A DNA stretch of 64,000 bases from an uncultured Holophaga sp. (lineage in GTDB: Bacteria; Acidobacteriota; Holophagae; Holophagales; Holophagaceae). Under the pieces are notes generated by a model. That model saw only the letters and a program-made list of their open reading frames with translations. It was not told where the DNA came from and ran no database searches. Location: contig OY761614.1 in NCBI GenBank assembly GCA_963664825.1, positions 3,328,001 to 3,392,000 on the forward strand, read 5' to 3'. Every line of letters begins with the position of its first letter. Within the stretch, counting starts at the first letter, position 1. The position numbers were made by a program, and so were the translations under genes. Shown piece after piece: positions 17,399-28,343 of this stretch.

Positions 17399-18424
17399 CT
17401 AGGAGCAGGAGAACTTGGCGAAGGACTGCCGCATTGTTCCCGCAGCCCTCATGTCAGACCACGCCTTGAGCATGAACAGAGGCTTCGAGGTGATCCGTTC
17501 CATGGTGATGATGGCGTGCAGCTGGCCGCCCCAGCTGCGAACGAATCTTTCTACGCGGGGTATGGTGGAACCTTCAAAATCAAAGGTGTGCCCTCGCTTT
17601 ACACATTCCTGGATCCCGTACCAGATGACAAGGGGATCCGCTCCGACATCTTGTCGAGAATGGTCCCTTCCTCCGATCAGATTATAGGTTGTATGTGAAT
17701 CCCAAACATTCATGTGGGCAGCTACGGGTTGACCGTTAGCATCCTTGGCGACGTAGATGGCACCTTGTCCCATCGACTGAATAGCACCCCACAATCGTCT
17801 AATATAATTAGAATTGTTATAGGGAAGACCTTGCCGAGAGAAGACCATTTTATCAAAATTCAGCAAGACTTCGATGTCCTCAGTCGTGGAAACAGTGATC
17901 CCGTCTCGAATGGCTTTACGGATTCGATTGCGCCGATTTGGTTCCATCTGGTCCCAAATCGCTTCGAGACTCTGCCCTTGGGTAAGGCGATATGTATAAA
18001 TAATGTTAGTTTTAAATCCAAACCAATGAAAAGGTTGCGTGTCGGTAATGTCATAATCCAGTGCGAAGTAGAGCCAATCCGCTGTTGGGAGGGCCTGGAG
18101 CAACGTCACCAACCGCAGTTTGTTCTCTGTGTTGTTAGTAAATGTTTTGTTTGTATGCGAAGACTTTACCAAGACTCCCACATAGGGTGTATAGAGCGGG
18201 GACGAATACCGTTTATACCAAGCGATAGGTCGTTCAATGAGTGGCAAACCCGCTACGATCTCATTTGTCTTATCGCGGCAAACTAGATATGAAATAGGAT
18301 GGGCTGTGGCAGCAAGCCATTCATGGCGATGAAAGATGGTCCCCCGTGGATGGCTTAGAACAAAGCGATCCCATTCAGCACTGTTCCCTGCTGCAAGCAT
18401 CTCGGCCTTGTAGTTGTTTGTCAT
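17399..18424 (-). CDS. GNAT/FemAB-like acyltransferase
   Basis: WDRFV..HPRGTIFH..EWL, RRNRIRKA and FDFEGSTIPRVERFVRSWGG motifs; GGAG ribosome-binding site before ATG 18424. Confidence 0.75.
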   Translation of the reverse strand: MTNNYKAEMLAAGNSAEWDRFVLSHPRGTIFHRHEWLAATAHPISYLVCRDKTNEIVAGLPLIERPIAWYKRYSSPLYTPYVGVLVKSSHTNKTFTNNTENKLRLVTLLQALPTADWLYFALDYDITDTQPFHWFGFKTNIIYTYRLTQGQSLEAIWDQMEPNRRNRIRKAIRDGITVSTTEDIEVLLNFDKMVFSRQGLPYNNSNYIRRLWGAIQSMGQGAIYVAKDANGQPVAAHMNVWDSHTTYNLIGGRDHSRQDVGADPLVIWYGIQECVKRGHTFDFEGSTIPRVERFVRSWGGQLHAIITMERITSKPLFMLKAWSDMRAAGTMRQSFAKFSCS

Positions 18425-18538
18425 CGCATACTCCATTGTTGCGATCAAAACAATAATCAGACATCAACACCAAGCATCCTGACCATGTAATATACAAATT
18501 CACATTACAAGAACTCGCACACGAAATTGTAAATAAAT

Positions 18539-19072
18539 TCATGTGCCGTTACTGTCAATACGAATACTGCCATTCTGATTCTTAAAACCACCAATCACTT
18601 TGGCGGGAATTCCCACGGCTGTGCACCCATCCGGAATGGATCGCGTAACCAGTGCCACCGCACCGATGGTGGTTCCTCGTCCTATACTCACGCCGTGTTT
18701 TCCACCCAGGATAACTGCCCTTAGGCCAATGTATGCATGATCTCTAATAACAATATAGGTGCGATGCTGCCCCTTCCCATGAACAGAGAAATAGCAACCA
18801 TAAGAAATCGTTACATTATGACCGATGATGGTTCGTTGAGGTTCCAAATCATCCATATAGCATCTCATCCCAATGAAGACATTTCTTCCAATTTTGAATC
18901 CAATCCACCGATATAAAACAATGCGGACAGTGTTGAATGGAATGACCGGAATGATGACGACATTGATAAATTTCCGAATAGGTCTCCAAATTATTTCAAT
19001 TATACCATAATTGGCATAATATGGAATCGGACGAGAGCGTATTTTGTAATACCATGCAAATGCCATAATCAT
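18539..19072 (-). CDS. Hexapeptide-repeat (left-handed beta-helix) acyltransferase
   Basis: IGRNVFIG, IGHNVTI and IGAVALVTRSIP..AVGIPAKVI. Confidence 0.85.
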   Translation of the reverse strand: MIMAFAWYYKIRSRPIPYYANYGIIEIIWRPIRKFINVVIIPVIPFNTVRIVLYRWIGFKIGRNVFIGMRCYMDDLEPQRTIIGHNVTISYGCYFSVHGKGQHRTYIVIRDHAYIGLRAVILGGKHGVSIGRGTTIGAVALVTRSIPDGCTAVGIPAKVIGGFKNQNGSIRIDSNGT

Positions 19073-20463
19073 TTACGCCTTATGCCATCAAGTTCATTCA
19101 AGAAGAGATGCTTTTCCATGAGGGTTGATAGTGCATTGTTATGCCAAAGAATTGAGAAATTTCCTCCAAACCTTCTCACAGCATTACGCATGATGTTGAT
19201 ATCGTTTTCCGTTTCAGGATAAAGACCATGACATTCCTGAGACTGAACATAGTTATTCATAACATGAAGGGGTTCGACGATCAGCGGTAAGGTCGCCCGC
19301 CGATGCAGATCGAAAGCTTGATAGGACCTGCCCGTACCACTCCTAAATCCGACGCGATCACTGAAGCCAAGGCTTGCATCCCGGGAGATTCCCGCATGGC
19401 AGTAGCTGGACCAGGTTTCGGGTCGCCACCGGAGGTAGTGCTGCCGCCCGAGCAAAGGAATTTCTGGTTTGCCAAGCCTATGCAGGATGCTGCGAAACAT
19501 TTCAACTTGTCGACCAAGCAGATCCAGGTTCTTGAATGAGGCGTAACCTGGGTGGATTCCCACCAAATGCCCTGCCTCCAACGTCCGTTGCAACATGCGG
19601 AAGGCAGGTCCACTGGCCAAGGAATAACCGCCATCCAGGGGAACTGCGCCCTCGGGCACCATCCAGTAGAAACTGGCACGGAGGCTCAACGCTTTTGCTA
19701 CCTTCAATAAATAGGAGAGTCCAGCACCCGGATCCAATCGTTCGGAACCAGGAAAGCCCAGGCCTGAACATAGGCGCCGAAAAGCCACCAGAGGCGCCTT
19801 CCGTTGGAAGACATCCTTGCCTAATTGGCGGGTGAATCCGCTTAAGCCCAGGGAGGCTGAGGTGGGATGATCCATGTCATGGGACAGCGTCAGTTGGAAC
19901 GCTGGTGCCTGTATACGAATGCCTGGCCAAAGCCTGGACAAGCATGAATTCAAAATTGAGCGATATTCATCGACAAGAGGACGGAGTAAGAGGCCTGATT
20001 CGGTGAGCCACATCCGCGATGGCGGAAACCGGCCATGGGCGTCTGTGTGTTCCTCATTCAATTCCTCCACACGGGCCAACATCCAGAAGGCGCCACCCAA
20101 GAGATCAGCCGAAATTTCAATTTCTTGGGAGGAAACGAAACGGATTGGCGGAATTTCTGTATTCCCGAAGAGCACTGGAAGGTCTGGGTGGCCTGTGGCC
20201 TTCTCCAATTCCAGATTATGAATGGCAACCCGTGCAACAGGCTGCGCTGGGCGAGGGCAGCGGCTCCAGGGATCTGCCGGTGCGCCGGAGAACAATCCAT
20301 CCACCAAGACGACTCTACGTCCATCCGAATCCCTTATCTCAGAAGGGTGATAGGAGTCGATTTCTTCTACCCAATCGACCCCTTGAACATCGGCAAGCAA
20401 TTCCCTTAGAACGTAGCGGCGCTCGGCCAGGAAGTTCGATGGAATTCGGAGGATCAGGTGCAT
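19069..20463 (-). CDS. Polysaccharide deacetylase family protein
   Basis: DAHGRF, RPLVDEY, LSHDMD, VGIHPGY, GRQHYLRW, GFRSGT and ILWHN motifs. Confidence 0.8.
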   Translation of the reverse strand: MHLILRIPSNFLAERRYVLRELLADVQGVDWVEEIDSYHPSEIRDSDGRRVVLVDGLFSGAPADPWSRCPRPAQPVARVAIHNLELEKATGHPDLPVLFGNTEIPPIRFVSSQEIEISADLLGGAFWMLARVEELNEEHTDAHGRFPPSRMWLTESGLLLRPLVDEYRSILNSCLSRLWPGIRIQAPAFQLTLSHDMDHPTSASLGLSGFTRQLGKDVFQRKAPLVAFRRLCSGLGFPGSERLDPGAGLSYLLKVAKALSLRASFYWMVPEGAVPLDGGYSLASGPAFRMLQRTLEAGHLVGIHPGYASFKNLDLLGRQVEMFRSILHRLGKPEIPLLGRQHYLRWRPETWSSYCHAGISRDASLGFSDRVGFRSGTGRSYQAFDLHRRATLPLIVEPLHVMNNYVQSQECHGLYPETENDINIMRNAVRRFGGNFSILWHNNALSTLMEKHLFLNELDGIRRK

Positions 20464-20543
20464 GACGGATCAGCCCATGAAAGTCGGAAGAACTTGTCGA
20501 GAAACAATCTACCCTCGTGGATGCTTGAATAAATTTAGTTCCT

Positions 20544-21644
20544 TTAAATCCCGAAGGAATTAACAAGATCTATGAGCGACTTACTTTGAGAAGTCCATTG
20601 GTATTTTGCCAGAACCGCGGAACGCCCCCTTGCCCCCATGGCCTTTGCTTCGTCCTGGTGAGATAGAAGGTATCTAATGGCTTTCTGGAGGTCCATGGGA
20701 TCCGCCGGATCGACCAGGAGGCCACAACCGGCAGATTCCACGATCTCGCGCCAGAGTGGAAAATTGGACGCAATCACGGGCATCCCAGCAGCCATGTATT
20801 CGAATAGCTTGACGGGTAGGGCCTCGATGTAATTCGCCACCGGAAGCAGAGTCACCATACCTATCTTGCATCGGTCCATGAGCCCGGCGGCCTCACTCCA
20901 GCCCAACACTCCCCACTCCCTCACCGCCGTCCAGCCGGGAGAGGATTGGAGTAATTCACGTAGACCGGGCTCATTCCAAAATCCGGCCAAATTCAGTGGC
21001 ACACCAATACCTTCCATTGCGGTCACCAAGGGGACCAAGCCCCGGGCGCGGCTTAACGCTCCGACATAGCAAATTTCATCTTTGCGAGCATCCCATGGGC
21101 CCGGTTCGTGGAAGCGCTCCGGAATGGGATAATTGCGGACTTCAGCCACGCGGATCCCTTGGGCTTCGAAGCGCTGGCGGATGCAGGCGGTTGGCACCAC
21201 CACGGCATCTAGCCGCATGGAGATACTGTTTTCGAAGCATTCAACACTCCGGGATACCCATGGACGCAGCCAAGCCGGGATCCATGGCTTGCTGAGGATC
21301 TGACGCGGCAGGTCCTCGTGGGCGTCATACACCGTCCGAGCCCCCTGGAAGCGCATGGCAAGTAATACAGGCAGTAGTTCCGGATCATGGATGTGGACCA
21401 AATCAGGATGCAATTTCGCGGCCCTCCTCCAGATCCGCCAAGTGGCGCCAAGCATTCGGGAAGCCCTGTTTCTGGCAGGGCGCCCCACATCGTGGATGTG
21501 TACACCTCTCGCTTCGCTGTCGCCCAACCCATCGGCCACGAGCAGGTGGACTTCATGCCCGGCCTTGACCAGGGAACAACATTCCTTGTAAAAAATGCGC
21601 GCATCGCTTCTGGGATGGGCCGAGGTCAATTGGAGAATTCGCAT
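20544..21644 (-). CDS. Glycosyltransferase family 4
   Basis: TSAHPRSDARIFYKE, HIHDPELL, YDAHED and PVKLFEYMAAGMPVIAS. Confidence 0.92.
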   Translation of the reverse strand: MRILQLTSAHPRSDARIFYKECCSLVKAGHEVHLLVADGLGDSEARGVHIHDVGRPARNRASRMLGATWRIWRRAAKLHPDLVHIHDPELLPVLLAMRFQGARTVYDAHEDLPRQILSKPWIPAWLRPWVSRSVECFENSISMRLDAVVVPTACIRQRFEAQGIRVAEVRNYPIPERFHEPGPWDARKDEICYVGALSRARGLVPLVTAMEGIGVPLNLAGFWNEPGLRELLQSSPGWTAVREWGVLGWSEAAGLMDRCKIGMVTLLPVANYIEALPVKLFEYMAAGMPVIASNFPLWREIVESAGCGLLVDPADPMDLQKAIRYLLSHQDEAKAMGARGRSAVLAKYQWTSQSKSLIDLVNSFGI

Positions 21645-22879
21645 GGACCTCTCCGCTGGGAAAACGAGTGCCCAGGCTGGGAACCATTGTCCATCGCCTC
21701 GATCCAGGGGCGCCGAGCATAGCGGCCTAGACCGAAACCTAATAGCGCAAACAACAGGCGGTTGTCATTGATATCCCCGCTCACCAAAGCACTGAAAAAT
21801 GTGAAGATGGCGAGCCCGATCCAAAGCAACTGTTCATCACAATCCGCGTGTTGGCGAATCAGGAACCGGCTTCTCCTGGCCATGAGCAGGAACCCAACCC
21901 CCGTAATCCAGCCTCCTTCCATCCAAAGTTCCACCAATAAATTGTGGACATACTGTCGCCCGGTCATATCCCACCGGGACACCACCCCCACAAACCCGCC
22001 CCACCCAATCCCAAACGGATGGGAAGCCAAGAGCGGAAGGGCCTTTCTGAGTGCAAGCAGGCGATACGTTTCGGAATCCCCAAAGTCCCCGGCGAAGAAA
22101 CTCGATAGACGTCCCAAGGATCCGGTCGGCATGAATGACCAGGAGAAAACCAGGCCAATCGCGGTCAGCCCCCCCAGGGTGAGGAACCTGCCGAGTGCAT
22201 CTTTCCGGCCCGAAGCCAGGAGCATGACCATAATGGCCACCAGGGCGGCAATGAGGGGCCCCTTGGAGCCTGAAAACAGCAGGGCCGTGGCAGCCATCAT
22301 CGCCAGAACCAAACTCAGGATCTGTCTGGGCAGGCTTGCCTTCCAAAGCAGATACCGCGTTCCTTCCATCAGGAAGACCAGACCTGCTGACGCCCCAAGG
22401 GCTATGGTCGTTCCACCGAACCCAGAAGCACGCAGAGCGGCGCCTCCGGAAGTGAACGCATTCACGAGGGCGTCGCTCGAGATCAGGAGGCCGAACATGA
22501 CTAGCCAAGCAGCTAACCGCTTCAGGCCATCAGGCCGTTGAGCGACCTCTGTACCGGCGATGAAGGCTAGGGGAGTGAGGGTTGCCACGAATAGGGATTT
22601 GCTGGCAGCGTAATCATTTCCTGGAGCCAGCAAAATGCCTGGCAGCACCAAGCCGATAAACAGCATGGCCCAGAGGATCTGGCTGCCTGCCACGCGGTGC
22701 TCATCCCTGAATAGCGAGCCCAGGATGATGGCTGCCAGAATAATTGCGAAGAAGAGGGTCAAATCTACTGGCACCCAGGCCATGCGCAGATCTGCCTTGA
22801 GGTTGCCGGAATTCAGGAAGGCGGCGAAGACGCCACAGAAGAGGTGCTCCCGGCCGAGTTTCAGGTATGGGCGAGTCAC
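21626..22879 (-). CDS. Wzy-like O-antigen polymerase/ligase family membrane protein
   Basis: Many TM helices; SGSKGP, HPFGIGWGGF and YVHNLLVE motifs; GTG start behind GGAGG, overlapping the wzx stop. Confidence 0.8.
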   Translation of the reverse strand: MTRPYLKLGREHLFCGVFAAFLNSGNLKADLRMAWVPVDLTLFFAIILAAIILGSLFRDEHRVAGSQILWAMLFIGLVLPGILLAPGNDYAASKSLFVATLTPLAFIAGTEVAQRPDGLKRLAAWLVMFGLLISSDALVNAFTSGGAALRASGFGGTTIALGASAGLVFLMEGTRYLLWKASLPRQILSLVLAMMAATALLFSGSKGPLIAALVAIMVMLLASGRKDALGRFLTLGGLTAIGLVFSWSFMPTGSLGRLSSFFAGDFGDSETYRLLALRKALPLLASHPFGIGWGGFVGVVSRWDMTGRQYVHNLLVELWMEGGWITGVGFLLMARRSRFLIRQHADCDEQLLWIGLAIFTFFSALVSGDINDNRLLFALLGFGLGRYARRPWIEAMDNGSQPGHSFSQRRGPCEFSN

Positions 22880-24195
22880 ACACTCACCTCCTTCATACCC
22901 GCGATCGGTTTTGGCTTGACCTGGACCATCATGACCAGTAGCACGATGTAAGAGATGGTCAACGCTGCGCTGTACCAGGCGGTGGTCGCCAGGAGGCCCG
23001 CCCCCCATCTCCTGGGTGCCCAGATGGAGATGCTCACCAGGAGCAGCCTGCCAGCGTCCCAGGCCAACGAGAGATCGAGTCGGCCAAGGAGGATGATGCA
23101 TCCAGAGAGTGGGCTTGCAACGAACTGGGCCCAGGCGGCCGGAGCCAGGATGGCAATAAGGAAGCCCGCATCACGCCATCGTTCTCCAAAGATGGGGGCG
23201 ACTGCCAGCGGGGGGACCACGACCAGAACAAGCGCGAGAAGGGCGCCATACAGGCTCAGTTTTCGCACCATCAACCGAAAAACACCTCGGAAGGCACCAG
23301 GCCTTTCCCTGATCACCTGGGAGATCTCCCCAACGAAGACTTGGGAGGCGGCGCGCGTGATGAGCGTGATGGGAAGCCCGATCATGCGATCTGCGAAGAC
23401 GAAGAGGCCGGTCTGCCAGGGGTCGAAGAGAAAGGCAACCACCAAAACGGTCCCCTGCGCTCCGGCGGTATTCAACAGGCTCGAGCCCAAGCCGAAAAGT
23501 GGGAAGCGGCGGTACATCAGGGCCGTCCTCACGTGGTGGCGAAAATTTCTAGGCGCCGCCAGGAAATCCCGATCCACACGCCCAAGGCGAATCAGGGCGC
23601 TGAATCCCAGGAGCCGCCCAAGCGCGTCCCCAAACAGGAGATTCAAGGGCCCCCATTTAAGGAGCCCCAGCAATGTCTGGAAGATTGCGGATCCAGCACC
23701 CTGGGCGAACTTGGCCCGCGCCATAACCGAATAGGCATGTTCCCTCACCCCCCACGCCGAGAGTGCCTGGTGGAAGCCGAGCCCGACGAGCCCGATGGGG
23801 AACACCCAAAAATAGGGTCGGAGACGATGGAGGGTTTGGAGGCTCGCTGGGATTTCCGGGTGCAGCACCCCGACAAGAAGAACCAGGAGTGTGGTCGCGA
23901 GGACTGAAACCAGGGAAATCACAAGGAGGGACCTCGCGTCCTCATCGCTCGGCGCAACAGGAATGGCTTTCTCGTAACAGAAGGTCGAGATCGTGGAGGT
24001 AATGCCCATGATGGACAGATAGAACCCAAGAAGTCCAAAGTCCCCAGGCGAGTAAAGACGCGTCAGCAGGGGAGAGACAAGGAGCGCAACGGCCTGCCCT
24101 AAGGCGGTCCCGGAGGCGACGGTAGCCACCTTCCGACTGAAGCCTCCTCTGGGAAAGGCATCTCTCAACCACTCGACCAAATGAGAACTCATCAC
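22876..24195 (-). CDS. wzx: Oligosaccharide flippase (Wzx)
   Basis: GTALGQ..SPLLTRLYSPGDFG N-terminus, about 12 TM helices, position in locus. Confidence 0.85.
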   Translation of the reverse strand: MMSSHLVEWLRDAFPRGGFSRKVATVASGTALGQAVALLVSPLLTRLYSPGDFGLLGFYLSIMGITSTISTFCYEKAIPVAPSDEDARSLLVISLVSVLATTLLVLLVGVLHPEIPASLQTLHRLRPYFWVFPIGLVGLGFHQALSAWGVREHAYSVMARAKFAQGAGSAIFQTLLGLLKWGPLNLLFGDALGRLLGFSALIRLGRVDRDFLAAPRNFRHHVRTALMYRRFPLFGLGSSLLNTAGAQGTVLVVAFLFDPWQTGLFVFADRMIGLPITLITRAASQVFVGEISQVIRERPGAFRGVFRLMVRKLSLYGALLALVLVVVPPLAVAPIFGERWRDAGFLIAILAPAAWAQFVASPLSGCIILLGRLDLSLAWDAGRLLLVSISIWAPRRWGAGLLATTAWYSAALTISYIVLLVMMVQVKPKPIAGMKEVSV

Positions 24196-25301
24196 ATGGA
24201 GATCCCGGCCCCGACAAAGCGCTCCGCCGCTTGAGCGGGATTCAGCTCGGGCCAGATGGGAAGACTGAGCACCTCAGTCGCTGCCAACTCCGCCACCGGG
24301 CATGAAGTCTCCGCATGACTTTCCAGGTAGATCTGGAGGCGATGCACAGGCACGGGGTAATAGATCATGGTCTGGATTCCGGCCTCGGCGAGTTCGGCCT
24401 GGAATGGGTCCCGACGCCCCCCTTGCACGCGGATAGTGAACTGGTGGAAGACATGTCCATCCACGATGCTAGGCAGCACCAGGCCCGCTTTTTCGCCCAG
24501 GGCTTCGTGGTAACCGACGGCCACCCCCCGTCGCAGGGCGTTCCAGCTATCAATGTGAGGCAGTTTCACCCGCAGCATCGCGGCGTGGAGTTCGTCCAGG
24601 CGCGAATTGTAACCCACGACCTCGTTGTAATACTTCTTCCGACTGCCATGAGCGCGGAGCATGCGGGCCTCCGCGGCCAGGACGTCGTCGTTGGTGGTGA
24701 GCATCCCACCATCGCCAAAGGCACTCAGGTTCTTGGTGGGGAAGAAGCTGTAGCAGCCAAAAGCCCCGTACGTGCCCACTTTCTGGCCCTTCCAGGTGGC
24801 TCCGAAGGCCTGGGCGCAGTCCTCCACGACCTTCAATCCATGGCCCTTCGCCAACGCCATCAGCCGGTCCATATTGCAGGGACGGCCAAAGAGATGCACG
24901 GGCAGGATGGCCTTGGTCCGGGACGTGATCGCCCGCTCCACGAAGTCCAGATCCAGATTGAAGCTGGCCGCCTCGATATCCACGAAGACCGGCGTGGCGC
25001 CCACGTGGCTGATGGCCTCCGCCGTGGCGAAGAAGGTAAAGGGCGTGGTGATCACCTCGTCTCCAGGGCCAATGCCCAGGGCCTTTAGGGCAATGAAGAG
25101 GGCGTCGGTCCCGGAGTTGAGCCCAATGGCGTGTTTGGCGCCCAGATAGGCGGCGGCCTCCTTTTCGAAAGCCTGTTCCTCGGGGCCCAGGATGAAGTGC
25201 CCGCTTCGCAGCACCCTCTGGAAGGCCGCATTGAACTCGTCCCAATGGGCCTCGATCTGGGGCTGAAGATCGAGGATCGGGATCTGCGTCACCGTATTCA
25301 C
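24192..25301 (-). CDS. wbpE: DegT family aminotransferase (WbpE/WlbC-like)
   Basis: [24 protein letters not shown] and GYNSRLDE; adjacent to wbpD, wbpA and wbpB. Confidence 0.8.
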   Translation of the reverse strand: MNTVTQIPILDLQPQIEAHWDEFNAAFQRVLRSGHFILGPEEQAFEKEAAAYLGAKHAIGLNSGTDALFIALKALGIGPGDEVITTPFTFFATAEAISHVGATPVFVDIEAASFNLDLDFVERAITSRTKAILPVHLFGRPCNMDRLMALAKGHGLKVVEDCAQAFGATWKGQKVGTYGAFGCYSFFPTKNLSAFGDGGMLTTNDDVLAAEARMLRAHGSRKKYYNEVVGYNSRLDELHAAMLRVKLPHIDSWNALRRGVAVGYHEALGEKAGLVLPSIVDGHVFHQFTIRVQGGRRDPFQAELAEAGIQTMIYYPVPVHRLQIYLESHAETSCPVAELAATEVLSLPIWPELNPAQAAERFVGAGISM

Positions 25302-25885
25302 ATGTGCTCCTTGCGCACCAAGCCACCGGCGCCCTTCACATAGCGCTGGCCATAGCTGGTGACGGCCACCCCCTCGGCGTCGAAGAACAGGCGTTCGCCC
25401 TGCTCACACATATGCCCGATGAGACGGGCCGGGACCCCCGCCACCATGGCATAGGGAGGCACATCCTTCGTCACCACCGCTCCCGCCGCCACGAAAGCGC
25501 ATTCATGCAAGGTGACGCCACACACGATCGTTGCGTTGGCGCCGATGGAAGCGCCCCGCTTGACCCGAGTGGAGGCATAGTCCTCGCTGGTGCAGCGGGG
25601 AAACAGGCAGCGTGGCGTGGTCACATTGGTGAAGACCATGCTGGGCCCGCAGAAAACGTAGTCTTCCAGGATCACACCTTCGTATAGGCTGACGTTGTTC
25701 TGGATCTTGCAGAAGTCGCCAATGGTGACGCCGTTGGCCACCATCACGTTCTGGCCCAGGATCGTGTTCCGCCCGATCACGGCCTTGGGATAGACATGGC
25801 AGAAGTGCCAGACCTTGGTGTTCTCGCCCAACTGGGCGCCGTCATCCACCACGGCGGTGGGGTGGACGAATACGGGCTTGTTCAT
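25298..25885 (-). CDS. wbpD: UDP-GlcNAc3NA N-acetyltransferase (WbpD/WlbB)
   Basis: [28 protein letters not shown] and [11 protein letters not shown]. Confidence 0.9.
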   Translation of the reverse strand: MNKPVFVHPTAVVDDGAQLGENTKVWHFCHVYPKAVIGRNTILGQNVMVANGVTIGDFCKIQNNVSLYEGVILEDYVFCGPSMVFTNVTTPRCLFPRCTSEDYASTRVKRGASIGANATIVCGVTLHECAFVAAGAVVTKDVPPYAMVAGVPARLIGHMCEQGERLFFDAEGVAVTSYGQRYVKGAGGLVRKEHM

Positions 25886-25893
25886 GTGATCTC

Positions 25894-27231
25894 CTAGAGC
25901 AGAACCACGTTCGGTTTTTCCCCCGGCACGCGCCTAGTCGCGTTGCGCGTATCCAACATCTGGACCGCCTCGCGCACCACCATCTCGTAGTCCACCGCCG
26001 TGTGATCCGTGAGCAGCAGCACCATGTCGGCCTTTCGAACCTCCTCCACCGTCAGGGGCACGGTGTGCAGATCCAGGCCGAACTCGGTGAAATGGGACAC
26101 GTAGGGATCGTGGTAGACCACTGTCGCGTGGCGTTCCTCCAGGAGCCTGATCACTTCGCCCGCCGGGCTCTCTCGCGGATCGTCGATATCTCTCTTGTAC
26201 GCCACACCCAGCGCCAGGATCCGGCTCCCCTTCAGGCCCCTGCCCCGGTCGCTCAGCAGCCGCAGGGTCTTCTCCACCACGAATTCGGGCATGTGCCGGT
26301 TGATCTCGCCGGCTAGACCGATGAAGCGGGTGTTGAAGTTGAATTCCCGCGCCTTCCACTCCAGGTAGTGGGGGTCCAAGGGAATGCAGTGCCCCCCCAC
26401 ACCGGGACCAGGATAGAAGGGCATGATGCCGAAGGGCTTGGTGAAGGCGGCGTCCAGCACCTCCCACACGTTCAACCTCATTCGATCGCAGAGGAGCGTC
26501 AATTCGTTCACCAAGGCGATATTCACGGCCCGGAAGGTGTTCTCAAAGACCTTGGTGAGCTCGGCGGCCCCAGCGCTGGAGACTTCCACGATATTGAGGA
26601 TGGTTTTGCGGTAGAAGGCTACGGCCACCTGTCGGCTGGCCGCATCGCTGGCCCCCACCACCTTGGTCGTGTTCTTGGTGGTGTAGCGCGCATTGCCGGG
26701 ATCCACGCGCTCGGGACTGTGGGCCAGGAAGAAGTCGACCCCAGCCTTCAGGCCCGTGGCCTCCAAGATCGGCTTCATGATCTCTTCCGTCGTGCCCGGG
26801 TAGGTGGTGCTCTCCAGGCTGATCAGCTGGCCCTGGCGCAGTCGTTTGGCGATCTCGCGCGTCACATGTTCCACATACTGGAGATCGGGATTCAGGTTCT
26901 TGTTCAAGGGTGTCGGCACCGCGATCACGATGGCGTCCATGGCCGCCAAACGATCCACGTCCGTGGTGGCTTGCAGGAAGCCATCGGCCACCAAGACCCG
27001 CAAGTCCTCCTCCTTCACATCCCCGATGAAGTTCTTCCCCCGGTTCACCATCTCCACCCGGTTCACGTTGCGGTCGAAGCCCAGAACATGGAACCCCACC
27101 TTGCCCTTCTCCACGGCAAAGGGAAGGCCCACATAGCCCAGCCCCACGACACCGACCTTCGCAGTCGTGTGTTCGATCTTGTACAGCAGATCCTCCACGA
27201 GGTTCTGCGTGGTTTCAGTGGCGATTGGCAT
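25894..27231 (-). CDS. wbpA: UDP-N-acetylglucosamine 6-dehydrogenase (WbpA-like)
   Basis: [26 protein letters not shown] and [17 protein letters not shown] ribosome-binding site. Confidence 0.88.
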   Translation of the reverse strand: MPIATETTQNLVEDLLYKIEHTTAKVGVVGLGYVGLPFAVEKGKVGFHVLGFDRNVNRVEMVNRGKNFIGDVKEEDLRVLVADGFLQATTDVDRLAAMDAIVIAVPTPLNKNLNPDLQYVEHVTREIAKRLRQGQLISLESTTYPGTTEEIMKPILEATGLKAGVDFFLAHSPERVDPGNARYTTKNTTKVVGASDAASRQVAVAFYRKTILNIVEVSSAGAAELTKVFENTFRAVNIALVNELTLLCDRMRLNVWEVLDAAFTKPFGIMPFYPGPGVGGHCIPLDPHYLEWKAREFNFNTRFIGLAGEINRHMPEFVVEKTLRLLSDRGRGLKGSRILALGVAYKRDIDDPRESPAGEVIRLLEERHATVVYHDPYVSHFTEFGLDLHTVPLTVEEVRKADMVLLLTDHTAVDYEMVVREAVQMLDTRNATRRVPGEKPNVVLL

Positions 27232-27257
27232 GATTGACTCCAGGCAGAAGTGGGCCG

Positions 27258-28304
27258 TCAGCGGCCAAGGGGGACGCCTTCGGGCACGTAGTGGACGTGC
27301 ACCTCTCGTCCCGTGAAGGCGGATTCGTAAAGGGCGTTGATGATCTCCACGGATTTGCGACCCTCCAGGCCCGCCAGCATCGAGTTGCACCCGCTATCGA
27401 GGGATTCCAACACATGCTGGTAGTAGGGCAGATGCCCAAAGCCATAGACATTCGGAGGATTGGTAATGAGGTTATGGATCTCGTCATCCTCGGGTCGGGG
27501 TTCCGCAAAATTCCATGTGATGGGCTTGTTCACCGAGAAGCCGCCGATCACCACGGAGGCCTTCTCACCCAGCACGGAGATGCTGCCCTCCAGGTCCTTG
27601 GGGCGGGTCGCGGTGGTGGCCTCCACCACACCCAGGGCCCCAGACTTGAACTTCAACACCGCCACGCCGGTATCATCGGCTTCGATGTCCACCAGTCGCG
27701 TGGCCACGTAGGCCTTCACACTATCGACGGGACCCATGAGCCACTGCAGCAGATCGATGTGATGGCTAGCCTGATTGGTGAGCACACCGCCATCCATCTT
27801 CCAGGTACCACGCCAGGCGTCCTGGTCGTAGTAGGCCTGTTGACGAGCCCACCGGATGCGCACCGTGCCCAGGACCATCCTGCCGAAGCGCCCTTCCTCC
27901 ACGGCCTTCTTGAGGGCCACGATGGGGGGATTGAAGCGGTTCTGCTTCACCACGAATAGCTTGGTGCCATGAACCTCGCAGACCTCGATGAGGCGATCGG
28001 CGTCCCCCAGAGTGAGGGCCATGGGCTTTTCAACAATGAGCACGGGCACATGGGGAGCCAACAGGCAGCCCAGAACGGGGTGCAGCCCTGAATCGGTGAG
28101 GATGGAGACAATATCAGGTTTGAGGGCCTTCACCATCTCCAAGGCATCGGTGTAGGCCGGAGCTCCATAGGCCTCTGCCGCAGGGCGTACACGGTCTTCC
28201 TGGCAATCGCAAACGCCCACAAGCTTCAATTCAGGAATCAGGGCGATCACCTTCAGGTGGCGATCGGAGATTCGACCACATCCCACTAGGGCAATGGTTC
28301 TCAT
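27258..28304 (-). CDS. wbpB: Gfo/Idh/MocA oxidoreductase (WbpB/WlbA-like UDP-GlcNAcA 3-dehydrogenase)
   Basis: GCGRIS, VEKPMAL, VVKQNRFN and WRGTWKMDGGVLTNQASHHID. Confidence 0.85.
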   Translation of the reverse strand: MRTIALVGCGRISDRHLKVIALIPELKLVGVCDCQEDRVRPAAEAYGAPAYTDALEMVKALKPDIVSILTDSGLHPVLGCLLAPHVPVLIVEKPMALTLGDADRLIEVCEVHGTKLFVVKQNRFNPPIVALKKAVEEGRFGRMVLGTVRIRWARQQAYYDQDAWRGTWKMDGGVLTNQASHHIDLLQWLMGPVDSVKAYVATRLVDIEADDTGVAVLKFKSGALGVVEATTATRPKDLEGSISVLGEKASVVIGGFSVNKPITWNFAEPRPEDDEIHNLITNPPNVYGFGHLPYYQHVLESLDSGCNSMLAGLEGRKSVEIINALYESAFTGREVHVHYVPEGVPLGR

Positions 28305-28343
28305 ACAGGTCCTCCAAACAAGGAGTCGAAGACAGGAAGACGA

